A DNA stretch of 38,066 nt from Candidatus Eiseniibacteriota bacterium. GTDB taxonomy: Bacteria; Eisenbacteria; RBG-16-71-46; DASYSL01. The translations under genes were made by a program, and so were the position numbers. This document shows, in pieces, positions 19,197 through 29,251 of the stretch. The DNA lies in contig JBKJJJ010000199.1 in assembly GCA_046598045.1 (NCBI GenBank), positions 1 through 38,066 of the forward strand, given 5' to 3'. The notes below the pieces were generated by a model. It searched no databases. It worked only from the letters and a program-made list of their open reading frames with translations, and was not told the DNA's origin. The number at the start of each line of letters is the position of its first letter. The stretch's first letter is position 1.

Positions 19197-19411
19197 CGCT
19201 TCGCTCCCTGAAGCTCGGCGTCCGGAGTCCGTCCGTTCGCGCGTGATGGGATGCCGGCGGCCGCGCGGCTCTGGCCGTGCGACATGCCGGGGAACGAGGC
19301 CCGAGGATGGACGGGACCTCTCCGACACCCGGGTTTTCGGCCCGGCCTGCTTGCAACTTGAGACTTTTCGGGGGGCACCCGGCGCCGCGCCGGGAGCGGG
19401 GACCGGGGCGA

Positions 19412-20257
19412 TCACAAGCGCCCGAACAAGCTCCCGTACCAGTGCCAGATCGTCGGCCCCGCGAGCGCCGCGAACACCGCCGCCGGGGCCAGCAGGGTCC
19501 CGAACGGAAGTGCCGTCCGGCGGGTCCCCCGCCCGGCCTGGATCAGCACGAGGCCGATCAGCGAGCCCACGAGCGCGGCCGAGAAGATCGTGAGGAAGAC
19601 TCCCGGCCAGCCGAGGAACGCGCCGATCATCCCGGCGAGTTTGACATCGCCGCCGCCCAGGCCCTCGATCCCCGTCGCCATGCGATAGGCCGCGGCCACG
19701 AGGTAGAGCGAGCCCGCGCCCACGAGCGCACCGATGAGTCCGGCGAGCAGGCCCTCGACCGTGAACCCGCGCGCCAGCAGACCGATCACCAGCCCGCCGA
19801 CCGACAGCTCGTCGGGGATGATCCGGAAGTCGAGGTCGATGAGCGCGATCGCCAGCAGCGCGAGCGCGAACAACGCCGCAGGCAGCAGCGCGAGGCGCGG
19901 CCCGAGCATCGCCGCAAGCACCACGAGGAGCACGCCCGCTCCGAATTCGACGAGCGGATAGCGCGGCGAGATCGGTGCCCGGCAATCGCGGCAGCGGCCC
20001 TCGAGCAGCAGCCACGACAGGACCGGCACGTTGTCGAACGGCCGGATCGCGTGCCCGCACTCAGGGCAGGCTGAGGGCGGCCACGCCAGCGAGACGCCGC
20101 GCGGCAGGCGGTGGATGACCACGTTGAGGAACGATCCCAGGCAAAGGCCGAGCACGAACAGCACGGCGTAGGCACCGGGCGTGAACGTGGCTCCGGGCAG
20201 CGGCGAGCCCCACGGCGCCCACGTCATGAGCGCGACCAGCGGCGTAGGGGCGTTCAC
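19412..20257 (-). CDS. pilD: Prepilin peptidase/N-methyltransferase
   Basis: GSFLNVVIHRLP, CPEC and CRDC, IDLDFRIIPD, GLGGGDVKL and LPFG. Start is either GTG at 20257 (overlapping the upstream stop) or ATG at 20227. Confidence 0.95.
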   Translation of the reverse strand: MNAPTPLVALMTWAPWGSPLPGATFTPGAYAVLFVLGLCLGSFLNVVIHRLPRGVSLAWPPSACPECGHAIRPFDNVPVLSWLLLEGRCRDCRAPISPRYPLVEFGAGVLLVVLAAMLGPRLALLPAALFALALLAIALIDLDFRIIPDELSVGGLVIGLLARGFTVEGLLAGLIGALVGAGSLYLVAAAYRMATGIEGLGGGDVKLAGMIGAFLGWPGVFLTIFSAALVGSLIGLVLIQAGRGTRRTALPFGTLLAPAAVFAALAGPTIWHWYGSLFGRL

Positions 20258-21036
20258 GACTTGCTCCCGGCGCGCGCGCCGGCCTGCGGCACGATTCCCG
20301 AGAGCGGCGGCAACGACTGGATCCACGCCTCGAGCCGGCGCTCTTCGCCGGTGCCCTTCAGAAGCGCGCGCAGGTGTCCGGCCGCCTTGTCGCGCAAGAC
20401 CGCGTTGTCCGTGGTCTCCGCGACCTTGCGCCACAACTCCACGGCCACGGCCTCGTAGCCCGCGCGCTGCCCGGACCACGCGGCGAAGCGCGAGCAGAAG
20501 TCGGGCGAGTTCGGCTGGCGCGCAGCCTGGGCGAACTCGAACGTCGCGCGCGTCAGGTTGCGCTTGCCCAGGTAGTGCACGAACCCGAGCTCGAACGGGT
20601 AGATCCAGGCTGTCGGGTTGTTGCGCTGACCCTTCTCGAGCAGCTTCACGCCGGCATCGAACTGGTGTCCCTCCTGGCAGAGCGAGGTGCCGCCGAACAC
20701 GTAGGCGCTCTGGAATCGGGAGTCGAGCGTGGTGATGATGTCGAACACGTGGCTCATCTGGACGAACTGGTTGTCGCTCTCCCGGTGCATGCCGTAGTAC
20801 TGCACCGCGCGCAACCAGAGCAGGTCGGACCACGCGGTGCCGTCGCCCATCGCCGCCTGGCTGAGCCACGTGCCCGAGGGGTAGTACGACAGTTCGGCGA
20901 GCGGTTCCGCGCGCGGGAGATGCAGGGCGGCCCAGCGCGCCTGCCCGATCGCGAGGCCCGCACACCCCGCGAACACCGCGAGGGCGAGGCCGATCACGTG
21001 CAGGTTGACCCGGTCGGACGGGCGCTCGAAGTTCAC
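20254..21036 (-). CDS. Membrane-anchored TPR-like pilus accessory protein (PilG/Xap-like of deltaproteobacterial pilA loci)
   Basis: N-terminal TM helix, DLLWLRAVQYYG, ITTLDSRFQSAY and LLEKGQRNNPTAWIYPFELGF. Coupled to the ABC genes. Confidence 0.7.
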   Translation of the reverse strand: MNFERPSDRVNLHVIGLALAVFAGCAGLAIGQARWAALHLPRAEPLAELSYYPSGTWLSQAAMGDGTAWSDLLWLRAVQYYGMHRESDNQFVQMSHVFDIITTLDSRFQSAYVFGGTSLCQEGHQFDAGVKLLEKGQRNNPTAWIYPFELGFVHYLGKRNLTRATFEFAQAARQPNSPDFCSRFAAWSGQRAGYEAVAVELWRKVAETTDNAVLRDKAAGHLRALLKGTGEERRLEAWIQSLPPLSGIVPQAGARAGSKS

Positions 21037-21800
21037 TTGAGCTCCCGGCGCTCGAACGCCACGACCGCGAGCGCGAGCACAGCGCCCGCATAGGCGAGCG
21101 CGTAGCCGACCGCGATCGCGAGCTGCACCGTCGGAGCCGTCTCCATGTGGGCGACCTGCGGACGCAGGTTGAAGAGGTCGAGGTTCGGGATCACGTAGGA
21201 GATGCCGCGAACCACGCCACCGAGCGCGCCCGGCATCTGCCGGGCGAAGTCGCGCAGGTCGTTCGTCCAGTAGCCGGTGGCGTACAGGCCGAGCGTGTAG
21301 ACGACCGACAGGATCGGCGTCGACAGCGATGAGAACAGGACGGCGAGCGCCGCGAGCACGGTGTTCGACAGCGCGAGCAGGAACACCGCCTGCGCGACCG
21401 GACCCACCGCCACGGGCCCGCGCATCGCGATCGCGACGCCCAGCAGGATCCCGCCCATCGCAAACACGGCCGCCGCCATCGTGGCGGCGAGGCCGGCCCA
21501 CTTGCCGATGAGGTAGGACGTTCGGCTCACCGGCCGCGAGAGCACCACGTGGATCGTGCGGCGTTCGATCTCCTTGTGGACGAGGCCGGTCCCGACCAGC
21601 GCGACGATCACGATGCCGAGCAACCCGAGCGTCGAGAGTCCGAGATCGATCGTGAGGCGTGTCCCCTCCCCCATCGCGATCGGCGAGAGCAGGCGCGACA
21701 GCACGAGAACCCCGACGCCGAAGCCGACGACCAGGAAGAGCACGCGGTCGCGCACCGCCTCGCGAAACGTGCCACGAGCCACGGCCAGGATCGCGCTCAT
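21033..21800 (-). CDS. ABC-2-type permease (PilI-like)
   Basis: TFREAVRDRVL, KEIERRTIHVVLSRPVSR..YLIGK, six hydrophobic segments and C-terminal FERRELK. Confidence 0.88.
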   Translation of the reverse strand: MSAILAVARGTFREAVRDRVLFLVVGFGVGVLVLSRLLSPIAMGEGTRLTIDLGLSTLGLLGIVIVALVGTGLVHKEIERRTIHVVLSRPVSRTSYLIGKWAGLAATMAAAVFAMGGILLGVAIAMRGPVAVGPVAQAVFLLALSNTVLAALAVLFSSLSTPILSVVYTLGLYATGYWTNDLRDFARQMPGALGGVVRGISYVIPNLDLFNLRPQVAHMETAPTVQLAIAVGYALAYAGAVLALAVVAFERRELK

Positions 21801-22855
21801 GCTTCGGCCCTCATTTCGGAGGCACTGCGCTCGGGGTCGCCCCCGACCTCGTGCGCGCCCTGGAACAGGTCCATGAACAGGTCCTCGAGCGACTGCCGCT
21901 CGGGCGTGAGCGAGATCACCTCGTGACCGTGCGATGCCAGCCACGCGACCAGCGCCGAAGCCCGCGTCGCGTCGGAGAGCGCAAGCCGGGTGCGGCCCGA
22001 GAGCGCCTCGATCTCGACGCCGAGGAATTCCGGCGGCAGCGCCAGCGCGCCGCCCGGACGCAGCACGATTTCGGCGCCGCTCTTGCCGCTGTCGAGCAGC
22101 GCGTCCATCGTGCCCGCGGCCAGCAGGCGGCCGGCGCGCAGGATCGCGACGCGATCGCACAGCACCTCGACGTCGTGGAGGATGTGGCTCGAGAAGACGA
22201 CCGTCGTGCCCTGCGCCTTGAGTTCGCGGACGAGGTCGACCACCTCGCGGCGGCCGATCGGATCGAGGCCGGACATCGGCTCGTCGAGGAACAGGAGCCG
22301 CGGGCGCCCCATCAGCGCGTGACCGAGGCCCGCGCGCTGGAGCATGCCCTTCGAGTACTTGCGCATGCGCGTGGTCGCCGCGTGGGCGAGACCGACGCGC
22401 TCGACCAGCTCCTTCGCCTGGGCGCGCGCCGCGCCGCGCGACATGCCGGCGAGCTCGCCCGAGAACTCGAGGAACTCGAGCGCGGTCAGGTGGTCGTAGA
22501 AATACGGGTTCTCGGGAAGGAAGCCCACGTCCTGCCGGCTCTCGGGCGTCCCTGCCGGGCGGCCGAGCAGCCAGCCCTGGCCGCGCGTGGGCGGCAGGAG
22601 ACCGAGCAGCATGCGCAGCGTCGTGGTCTTCCCTGCCCCGTTCGGTCCGAGCAGGCCGAACACCCCGCCCGCGGGCACCTCGAAGCCGATCTCGTGGACC
22701 GCCGTCTTGACGCGCTGGGTCCAGGGATGGCGGAAATCCTTCCCGAGGCGGTCCGCCACCACCGCGGGGCGGGCGGAGTTTGACCGCGGTCCCGGCATGC
22801 CGCTGGTCGGGTCGGACGGGATGGACATGGCAACCACGGGCTTGAATTCGGTCAT
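21797..22855 (-). CDS. ABC transporter ATP-binding protein (PilH-like)
   Basis: GPNGAGKTT, YSKGMLQR, LFLDEPMSGLDP and SSHIL. ATG at 22855 with AGGA RBS (start uncertain). Confidence 0.92.
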   Translation of the reverse strand: MTEFKPVVAMSIPSDPTSGMPGPRSNSARPAVVADRLGKDFRHPWTQRVKTAVHEIGFEVPAGGVFGLLGPNGAGKTTTLRMLLGLLPPTRGQGWLLGRPAGTPESRQDVGFLPENPYFYDHLTALEFLEFSGELAGMSRGAARAQAKELVERVGLAHAATTRMRKYSKGMLQRAGLGHALMGRPRLLFLDEPMSGLDPIGRREVVDLVRELKAQGTTVVFSSHILHDVEVLCDRVAILRAGRLLAAGTMDALLDSGKSGAEIVLRPGGALALPPEFLGVEIEALSGRTRLALSDATRASALVAWLASHGHEVISLTPERQSLEDLFMDLFQGAHEVGGDPERSASEMRAEA

Positions 22856-22931
22856 GTTTTTATCCTGCATGGGGTTGGCGAAGGCGTTGCCCGCCGGGTG
22901 GCGGTTGGCGTCCGCTCCTGACGATGCAGAG

Positions 22932-22947
22932 TGCACGGTCCATGCCA
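22932..22947 (-). promoter_or_regulatory. sigma54-type promoter for the pilH-I-G-D unit
   Basis: Minus strand TGGCATGGACCGTGCA (GG-N10-GC) just downstream of the pilA terminator. Dyad GTGCG-CGC-TGCAC at 22970-22982. Confidence 0.55.
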
Positions 22948-22996
22948 CGAGGGGTCCGGCGCGCGGGGCGTGCGCGCTGCACGGTCCGCTGAACAC

Positions 22997-23032
22997 AAAA
23001 AAAGCGGGGGGCGCACCAGACGCGCCCCCCGC
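22997..23032 (-). terminator. Intrinsic terminator after pilA
   Basis: GCGGGGGGCGCG-TCTGG-TGCGCCCCCCGC followed by T7. Confidence 0.92.
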
Positions 23033-23051
23033 AGAGTCGGCTTGGGTCGAA

Positions 23052-23453
23052 CTACTGGCCGGCGGTGAGGACCAGCGACAGGGCCGCGCTCTTGCCGTAA
23101 CCCTTGATGTTGTAGTTGTTCAGCGACGAGTCGGCATACGACGTGATGCCCGGGGTCGCGCTCGCCGGCGCCGCGAACGTGGCGCGGTCTTCGAGCGCCG
23201 TGCCCGTGAACGGGTTCGCGAAGTTCGCCGGCATCGTCAGCGACGTGGCCGCGGCGGCATAGGCGCCGTTGTTCTTGACGCCCCAGTCCTCGGACGCGAG
23301 CTGGGTGGTGTGCATGTTCGCCTTGGTCGAACCTTCCTTCGCCCGATCCTGCATGGCGATGAAGTTCGGAATCGCGATCGCGGCGAGGATACCGATGATG
23401 ACGACCACGATCATGAGCTCGATCAGCGTGAAGCCCTTCTGGTTGCGAAGCAT
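23052..23453 (-). CDS. pilA: Type IVa major pilin
   Basis: MLRNQKG/FTLIELMIVVVIIGILAAIAIPNF class III signal, GGAGGAG RBS, its own sigma54 promoter and terminator. Confidence 0.95.
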   Translation of the reverse strand: MLRNQKGFTLIELMIVVVIIGILAAIAIPNFIAMQDRAKEGSTKANMHTTQLASEDWGVKNNGAYAAAATSLTMPANFANPFTGTALEDRATFAAPASATPGITSYADSSLNNYNIKGYGKSAALSLVLTAGQ

Positions 23454-23534
23454 ATCGGTGTCTCCTCCGTGAACTTCGGTTTGTAGGCCGGTCCCTCTGG
23501 CTGGTCCAGATCTGCGCCCACACCCGGAACCATT

Positions 23535-23550
23535 TGCAACCCGCGTGCCA
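23535..23550 (-). promoter_or_regulatory. sigma54 promoter of pilA
   Basis: Minus strand TGGCACGCGGGTTGCA, matching consensus TGGCAC-N5-TTGCA. Confidence 0.92.
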
Positions 23551-23640
23551 GTCACCTGGACTGGCCCGCACTTCCTTGTGCGGCATGCACTTGCCCTGCG
23601 ACTTCCGGGACTCGGACTCCTCGCAGGCCCTCCTGCCCCA

Positions 23641-23712
23641 TTGCAGCCCGCCTCAATCGCAATCTTTTCCCTGCACACTGCAACAATTTCGGCCGACCCG
23701 TGCGCGATGCAA
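23641..23712. promoter_or_regulatory. Candidate PilR enhancer (UAS) sites
   Basis: CTGCA-CAC-TGCAA (23671-23683), GTGCG-CGA-TGCAA (23700-23712) and half sites, 90-160 bp upstream of the -24 box. Confidence 0.55.
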
Positions 23713-23723
23713 CCAGCGGAGCA

Positions 23724-25172
<1,449 letters not shown>

Positions 25173-25197
25173 GATGGTCTGTTCCCTCGGTCCGGGC

Positions 25198-26889
25198 CTA
25201 GGCTGCGTGCGCGAGCGCTTCCGCGCGCTCGAGCTCCAGGATGAACGTGGTACCGGCGCCGGGCGCGCTCGTGACGGAGAGCCTGCCGCCCAGTCGTTCC
25301 ATGATGCGCGTGGCGATCGCCAGGCCGAGCCCGGTGCCGCCGCGTTTGGTGGTAAAGAACGGCTCGGTGACGCGCGGCAGGTACTCCGCCGGAATCCCGG
25401 GGCCGGTGTCGGCAACCTCCACCCGCACACGGTCCCCTGCCGAAGGCAGGATCCGAACCGCGACGCGGCCGGGCCCCACCAAGGCCTCGATCGCGTTCTG
25501 CAGGAGGTTGACCAGCACTCGCTTGAACTGCTCTCGATCGATGTTCACGTGCAACCCGTCGCCCTCGCCTTGCAACGTGAGCGCGATGTCCTTCCGGTAG
25601 GCGGGATGCCGCCTCGCGAGGTCCATGGCATCCGCGATCGCCTCCCCCAGGTCCGCGCTCTCGACATGGATCCGGGGCTCCCTCGCGTAGTCCAGCAGCT
25701 CGGTCACGAAGCGGTTGAGTCGTTCACACTCCTGGGAAATGAGTCCCATCAGGTGCGCGTTCTCGCCGTCGAGCGTCAGTTCCTTCTGCAGGAACTCGAC
25801 CGAGCCCGAGATCGGGTTCAGGCAGTTGCGGATCTCGTGCGCGATCCCGGCGGACAGCTGGCCGATGGCAGCCAGCGTCTCCGAGCGGCGCGCCCGCTCC
25901 TCCACCGCCTTGAACTCCGACAGATCGGCGAACACCGCGATCACGCCCCGGCGCGAGCCGTTCTCATCCATGAGAAACGAGGTCGAGAGTCCGACCGGCA
26001 CCATCTTGCCCGTCAGCGTCTGCACGCCGACTTCCTCGCGACTGACCGCCACCCCGGTGGTCAGCGTTTGCTGGATGCGGTCGAGGAGGGGTCGCTGCCC
26101 CGCCCCGAACACGTCCTGACACGACCGCCCGCGGACTTCCGCGAGCGGCAATCCAAGCAGCTCTTCGGCGGAGCGGTTGTAATGCAGCACCGTGCCCGTC
26201 GCGTCCAGGGTCAGCACTCCGCTCGACATGTTCTCGAGAATCCGATCGGTGTCGAGACGCGCCCGCTCGACTTCACGGGACGCGAGATGCAGCGTCTGAC
26301 GATCGCGACGGGCTCTACCCCCCAGCGATCCAGCCGCCGCACCGAGCGCGACCAGGAACAGGACCAGGCTCGGGCTGTAGGGCACCGGGGCCATTGCGCG
26401 GCCGGCTACCGTGAACCCCGGATCCAGCGCAATCAACGGCGCGATCTGCGCGAGACAGAGGTAGCCGGTCGAGGCCACCACCGCCGTCGCGAGACCGCCC
26501 GTGGTTTCGAGGACCACTCCGGCCCACAGCACTACGACCACATAGAAGAGGACGAACTGACTGTTCGCCCCTCCCGTGGTCGCCGCAAAACACGTAACCA
26601 GCGCGCAATCGCCGAACGCCTGGATCCACGCCTGTGCGGCTGCGCCGCGGCGCCAGTGGAGCAGGAGGGCGTACCCCCCCGTCACCACCGCGAGTGCGGC
26701 CAGTCCAGCTCCCAGGAGTGTGGTCCGCGTCGCCTCACCCACGCCGGGGCGGAGCAGGAGACCGAGCGCGAGCGCCCCGACCCCCACGACCGCTCTCCAG
26801 CGCACGAGCGCGGCGAGCATCCTCCAGAGTTCGTCGACGGGATTCCCTTCCCCGCGCGACCGGTTGGTTTCGACGGCGACCTGGGCCAC
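25198..26889 (-). CDS. pilS: Membrane PAS sensor histidine kinase PilS
   Basis: About six TM helices with TGGANSQF, a PAS domain, AHEIRN, NLLQNA, DTGPGI and GTGLGL. Confidence 0.9.
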   Translation of the reverse strand: MAQVAVETNRSRGEGNPVDELWRMLAALVRWRAVVGVGALALGLLLRPGVGEATRTTLLGAGLAALAVVTGGYALLLHWRRGAAAQAWIQAFGDCALVTCFAATTGGANSQFVLFYVVVVLWAGVVLETTGGLATAVVASTGYLCLAQIAPLIALDPGFTVAGRAMAPVPYSPSLVLFLVALGAAAGSLGGRARRDRQTLHLASREVERARLDTDRILENMSSGVLTLDATGTVLHYNRSAEELLGLPLAEVRGRSCQDVFGAGQRPLLDRIQQTLTTGVAVSREEVGVQTLTGKMVPVGLSTSFLMDENGSRRGVIAVFADLSEFKAVEERARRSETLAAIGQLSAGIAHEIRNCLNPISGSVEFLQKELTLDGENAHLMGLISQECERLNRFVTELLDYAREPRIHVESADLGEAIADAMDLARRHPAYRKDIALTLQGEGDGLHVNIDREQFKRVLVNLLQNAIEALVGPGRVAVRILPSAGDRVRVEVADTGPGIPAEYLPRVTEPFFTTKRGGTGLGLAIATRIMERLGGRLSVTSAPGAGTTFILELERAEALAHAA

Positions 26890-28101
26890 CTAGTGCCCTC
26901 CCGCCACGACCGTGATCAGCTTGAACATCGGCAGGTACATCGCGACCACCATGCCGCCCACGATGCCACCCATGAGCACGATCATCACCGGCTCGATGAT
27001 CGAAGTCAGGTTGTCGACCGCCTGGTCGACCTCGTCCTCGTAGAACACGGCGATCTTGGTCAGCATTTCGTCGAGCGCGCCGGTCTGCTCGCCGACCGAG
27101 ATCATCTGCACCACCATCGGCGGGAACACACCTGATTGCTTGAGCGGCGCGCCCACCGTCTCGCCCTCGCGGATCGAGGAGCGGGCCATCATGATCGCGT
27201 CCGAGATCACGCGGTTGCCCGCCGTACGGGCCGTGATCTCGAGACCGGCGAGAATCGGGACGCCCGAGCTGATGAGGGTGCCGAGGGTGCGCGTGAAGCG
27301 CGCGACCGCCCCCTTGAGCAACACGTCGCCGAGCACCGGCATCTTGAGCAGGAACGCGTCGATCTTGCGCTGGCCGAGGTCGGTCTTGTACCAGCGCTGG
27401 AGGAAGGTCACGGTGCCGGCGACCGTGAGACCCATCGCCCACCACCACGTGCGCAGGAACTTCGACATGCCGAGCACGATCGCGGTCGGCAGCGGCAGCT
27501 CCCCGCCGAAGTCGGTGAACATCTTCGCGAACGTCGGGATGATGAAGATCAACATGAACGCCGTGGCGCCAAGCGCCACCGTCAGCACCACGGCCGGGTA
27601 GATCATCGCGCCCTGGATCTTGCGCTTGAGCGCGTCAGCCTTCTCGATGTACTGCGCGAGACGCATCAGGATGTCGTCGAGGATACCGCCCGCCTCGCCG
27701 GCCGCGATCATGTTGCGGAACAGGTCGTCGAACACCTTCTTGTTCTTGCCCAGCGCGTCGGCCAGCGTCGAGCCCGCCTCGACCTCGCGCGTCACGTCCG
27801 AGATCACCTTCGCGAACGAAGGCTTCGCGGTCTGCGATGCCAGGATGTCGAGGCACTGCACGAGCGGCAGGCCGGCCGAGATCATGGTCGCGAACTGGCG
27901 CGTGAAGATCGCCATCTCTTTCGTGCTCGGTCCGCCCTCGGGCAGCGCGAACTTGAAGCCCTTGGATTTCTCCTTGAGCGACGTGACCAGGATCCGCTTC
28001 TTGCGAAGGAAATCCATGGCCTCGTCCTGGCGATCGAAGGACACCTCGCCGGCCTGGGTTTCCCCCGCCATGGTGCGGCCCTTCCAGACGAACGTCGGCA
28101 T
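26890..28101 (-). CDS. pilC: Type IV pilus platform protein PilC
   Basis: FTRQFATMISAGLPL, AGEAGG, AMIYP, VGEQTG and AMYLPMF. Confidence 0.97.
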   Translation of the reverse strand: MPTFVWKGRTMAGETQAGEVSFDRQDEAMDFLRKKRILVTSLKEKSKGFKFALPEGGPSTKEMAIFTRQFATMISAGLPLVQCLDILASQTAKPSFAKVISDVTREVEAGSTLADALGKNKKVFDDLFRNMIAAGEAGGILDDILMRLAQYIEKADALKRKIQGAMIYPAVVLTVALGATAFMLIFIIPTFAKMFTDFGGELPLPTAIVLGMSKFLRTWWWAMGLTVAGTVTFLQRWYKTDLGQRKIDAFLLKMPVLGDVLLKGAVARFTRTLGTLISSGVPILAGLEITARTAGNRVISDAIMMARSSIREGETVGAPLKQSGVFPPMVVQMISVGEQTGALDEMLTKIAVFYEDEVDQAVDNLTSIIEPVMIVLMGGIVGGMVVAMYLPMFKLITVVAGGH

Positions 28102-28131
28102 CGTGCTTCTCCTCGGGGTGGCGCGCCCGGC

Positions 28132-29214
28132 CTAGATCGACGCGCGCAGGTTGGTCTTGGCCAGCATTTGCTCGAGCTCGCCCGGATCCGAGGAACGGTT
28201 GATCGCTTCCTCGGGGCTGATCTGCTTGTCGTGGACCGCGAGCATCAAGCCCTGGTTCATGGTCTGCATGCCGTACTTCTGACCCGCCTGCATCAGCGAG
28301 TAGATCTGGTGCGTCTTGCCCTCGCGAATGACGGCCTTGACGCCGGGCGTGCAGACCAGGACTTCCGCCACCATGGCGCGTCCCGCGCCGCGCGCCCGTG
28401 GGATCAGCTGCTGCGTGACCACGCCCTCGAGCACGAACGCGAGTTGGGTGAGGATCTGCTTCTGCTGGTCCGACGGGAACCCGTCCACGATGCGGTTGAC
28501 CGCCTCGAACGTGGAATTGGTGTGCAGGGTCGCGAACACGAGGTGGCCCGTCTCCGCAATCGTCAGCGCCGCGCCGAAGGTCTCGCGGTCGCGCATTTCC
28601 CCGATCAGGATGACGTCCGGGTCCTGCCGCAGGACGTACTTGAGCGCGCTGCTGAACGAGTCCGTGTCGGCGTTGACCTCGCGCTGGTTGACGATGCACT
28701 TCTTGTGGTGATGGATGTACTCGATCGGGTCCTCGATCGTCATGATGTGCGCCGCGCGGTTGGCGTTGATGCGATCGAGCATCGCGGCCAGTGTGGTCGA
28801 CTTGCCGGACCCGGTCGGGCCGGTCACCAGCACGAGGCCCTTCGTCCGGTTCGTGAAGTCGCGCACCGACTGCGGCAGGCCGAGCGCGTCGAACGACATG
28901 ATCTCGTAGGGGATCTGCCGGATCGCCATCGTGACCACGCCGCGCTGCAGGTAGACGTTCGCGCGGAAGCGCGACAGGCCCTTGATCCCGAACGAGAAGT
29001 CCAGCTCGCGCGTGGTCTCGAACTTCTTGCGCTGCTCGTCCGACAGCACGGAGTAGGCAAGCCCCGCGTTCATCTCGGGGGTGAGGATCTCGTACTCGGA
29101 CGGCGTCATCGCACCGTCGATCCGGAATTCCGGAGGGACGCCCGCGGTGATGTGCAAGTCCGAAGCCTTGCGCTGGATCATGTCCTCGAGCAACTGCTTG
29201 AGCGTGACGGTCAC
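28132..29214 (-). CDS. pilT: Pilus retraction ATPase PilT
   Basis: ASDLHI, GPTGSGKST, TIEDPIE, LRQDPDVILIGEMRD, AETGHLV and GMQTM. Confidence 0.96.
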   Translation of the reverse strand: MTVTLKQLLEDMIQRKASDLHITAGVPPEFRIDGAMTPSEYEILTPEMNAGLAYSVLSDEQRKKFETTRELDFSFGIKGLSRFRANVYLQRGVVTMAIRQIPYEIMSFDALGLPQSVRDFTNRTKGLVLVTGPTGSGKSTTLAAMLDRINANRAAHIMTIEDPIEYIHHHKKCIVNQREVNADTDSFSSALKYVLRQDPDVILIGEMRDRETFGAALTIAETGHLVFATLHTNSTFEAVNRIVDGFPSDQQKQILTQLAFVLEGVVTQQLIPRARGAGRAMVAEVLVCTPGVKAVIREGKTHQIYSLMQAGQKYGMQTMNQGLMLAVHDKQISPEEAINRSSDPGELEQMLAKTNLRASI

Positions 29215-29251
29215 TGGATTGCCGGCTCCTTCCGGAAACAGGTTCGGGGCG

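Noticed and set aside
19197..19411. Promoter in the pilD-pilM gap
   Set aside because: Only one TTGCAA half-site and a poor GG-N10-GC match, not enough to call.
18147..20060. Extended N-termini in the ORF track (pilM, pilN, pilD, obgE, dprA, HAD, pilR, pilB, PHP) suggesting fusions
   Set aside because: The extensions overlap upstream genes in other frames. True starts are marked by RBSs, stop/start overlaps or family-typical N-termini, unlike the two real in-frame fusions reported.
23052..23453. Electrically conductive (e-pilin) interpretation of PilA
   Set aside because: Only 10 F/W/Y residues in 126 (about 8%). There is no aromatic at positions 27 or 32, a 25-residue F/W/Y-free gap between F24 and W50, and no cytochrome genes nearby.
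23581..23595. Plus-strand sigma54-like CGGCATGCACTTGCC
   Set aside because: GG-to-GC spacing is 9 rather than the required 10, and there is no plus-strand gene downstream.
28310..28350. PilT AIRNLIRE motif diverged to GVKAVIRE
   Set aside because: Conservative variation. Walker, Asp and His boxes and GMQTM are intact, so it is treated as an ordinary PilT.
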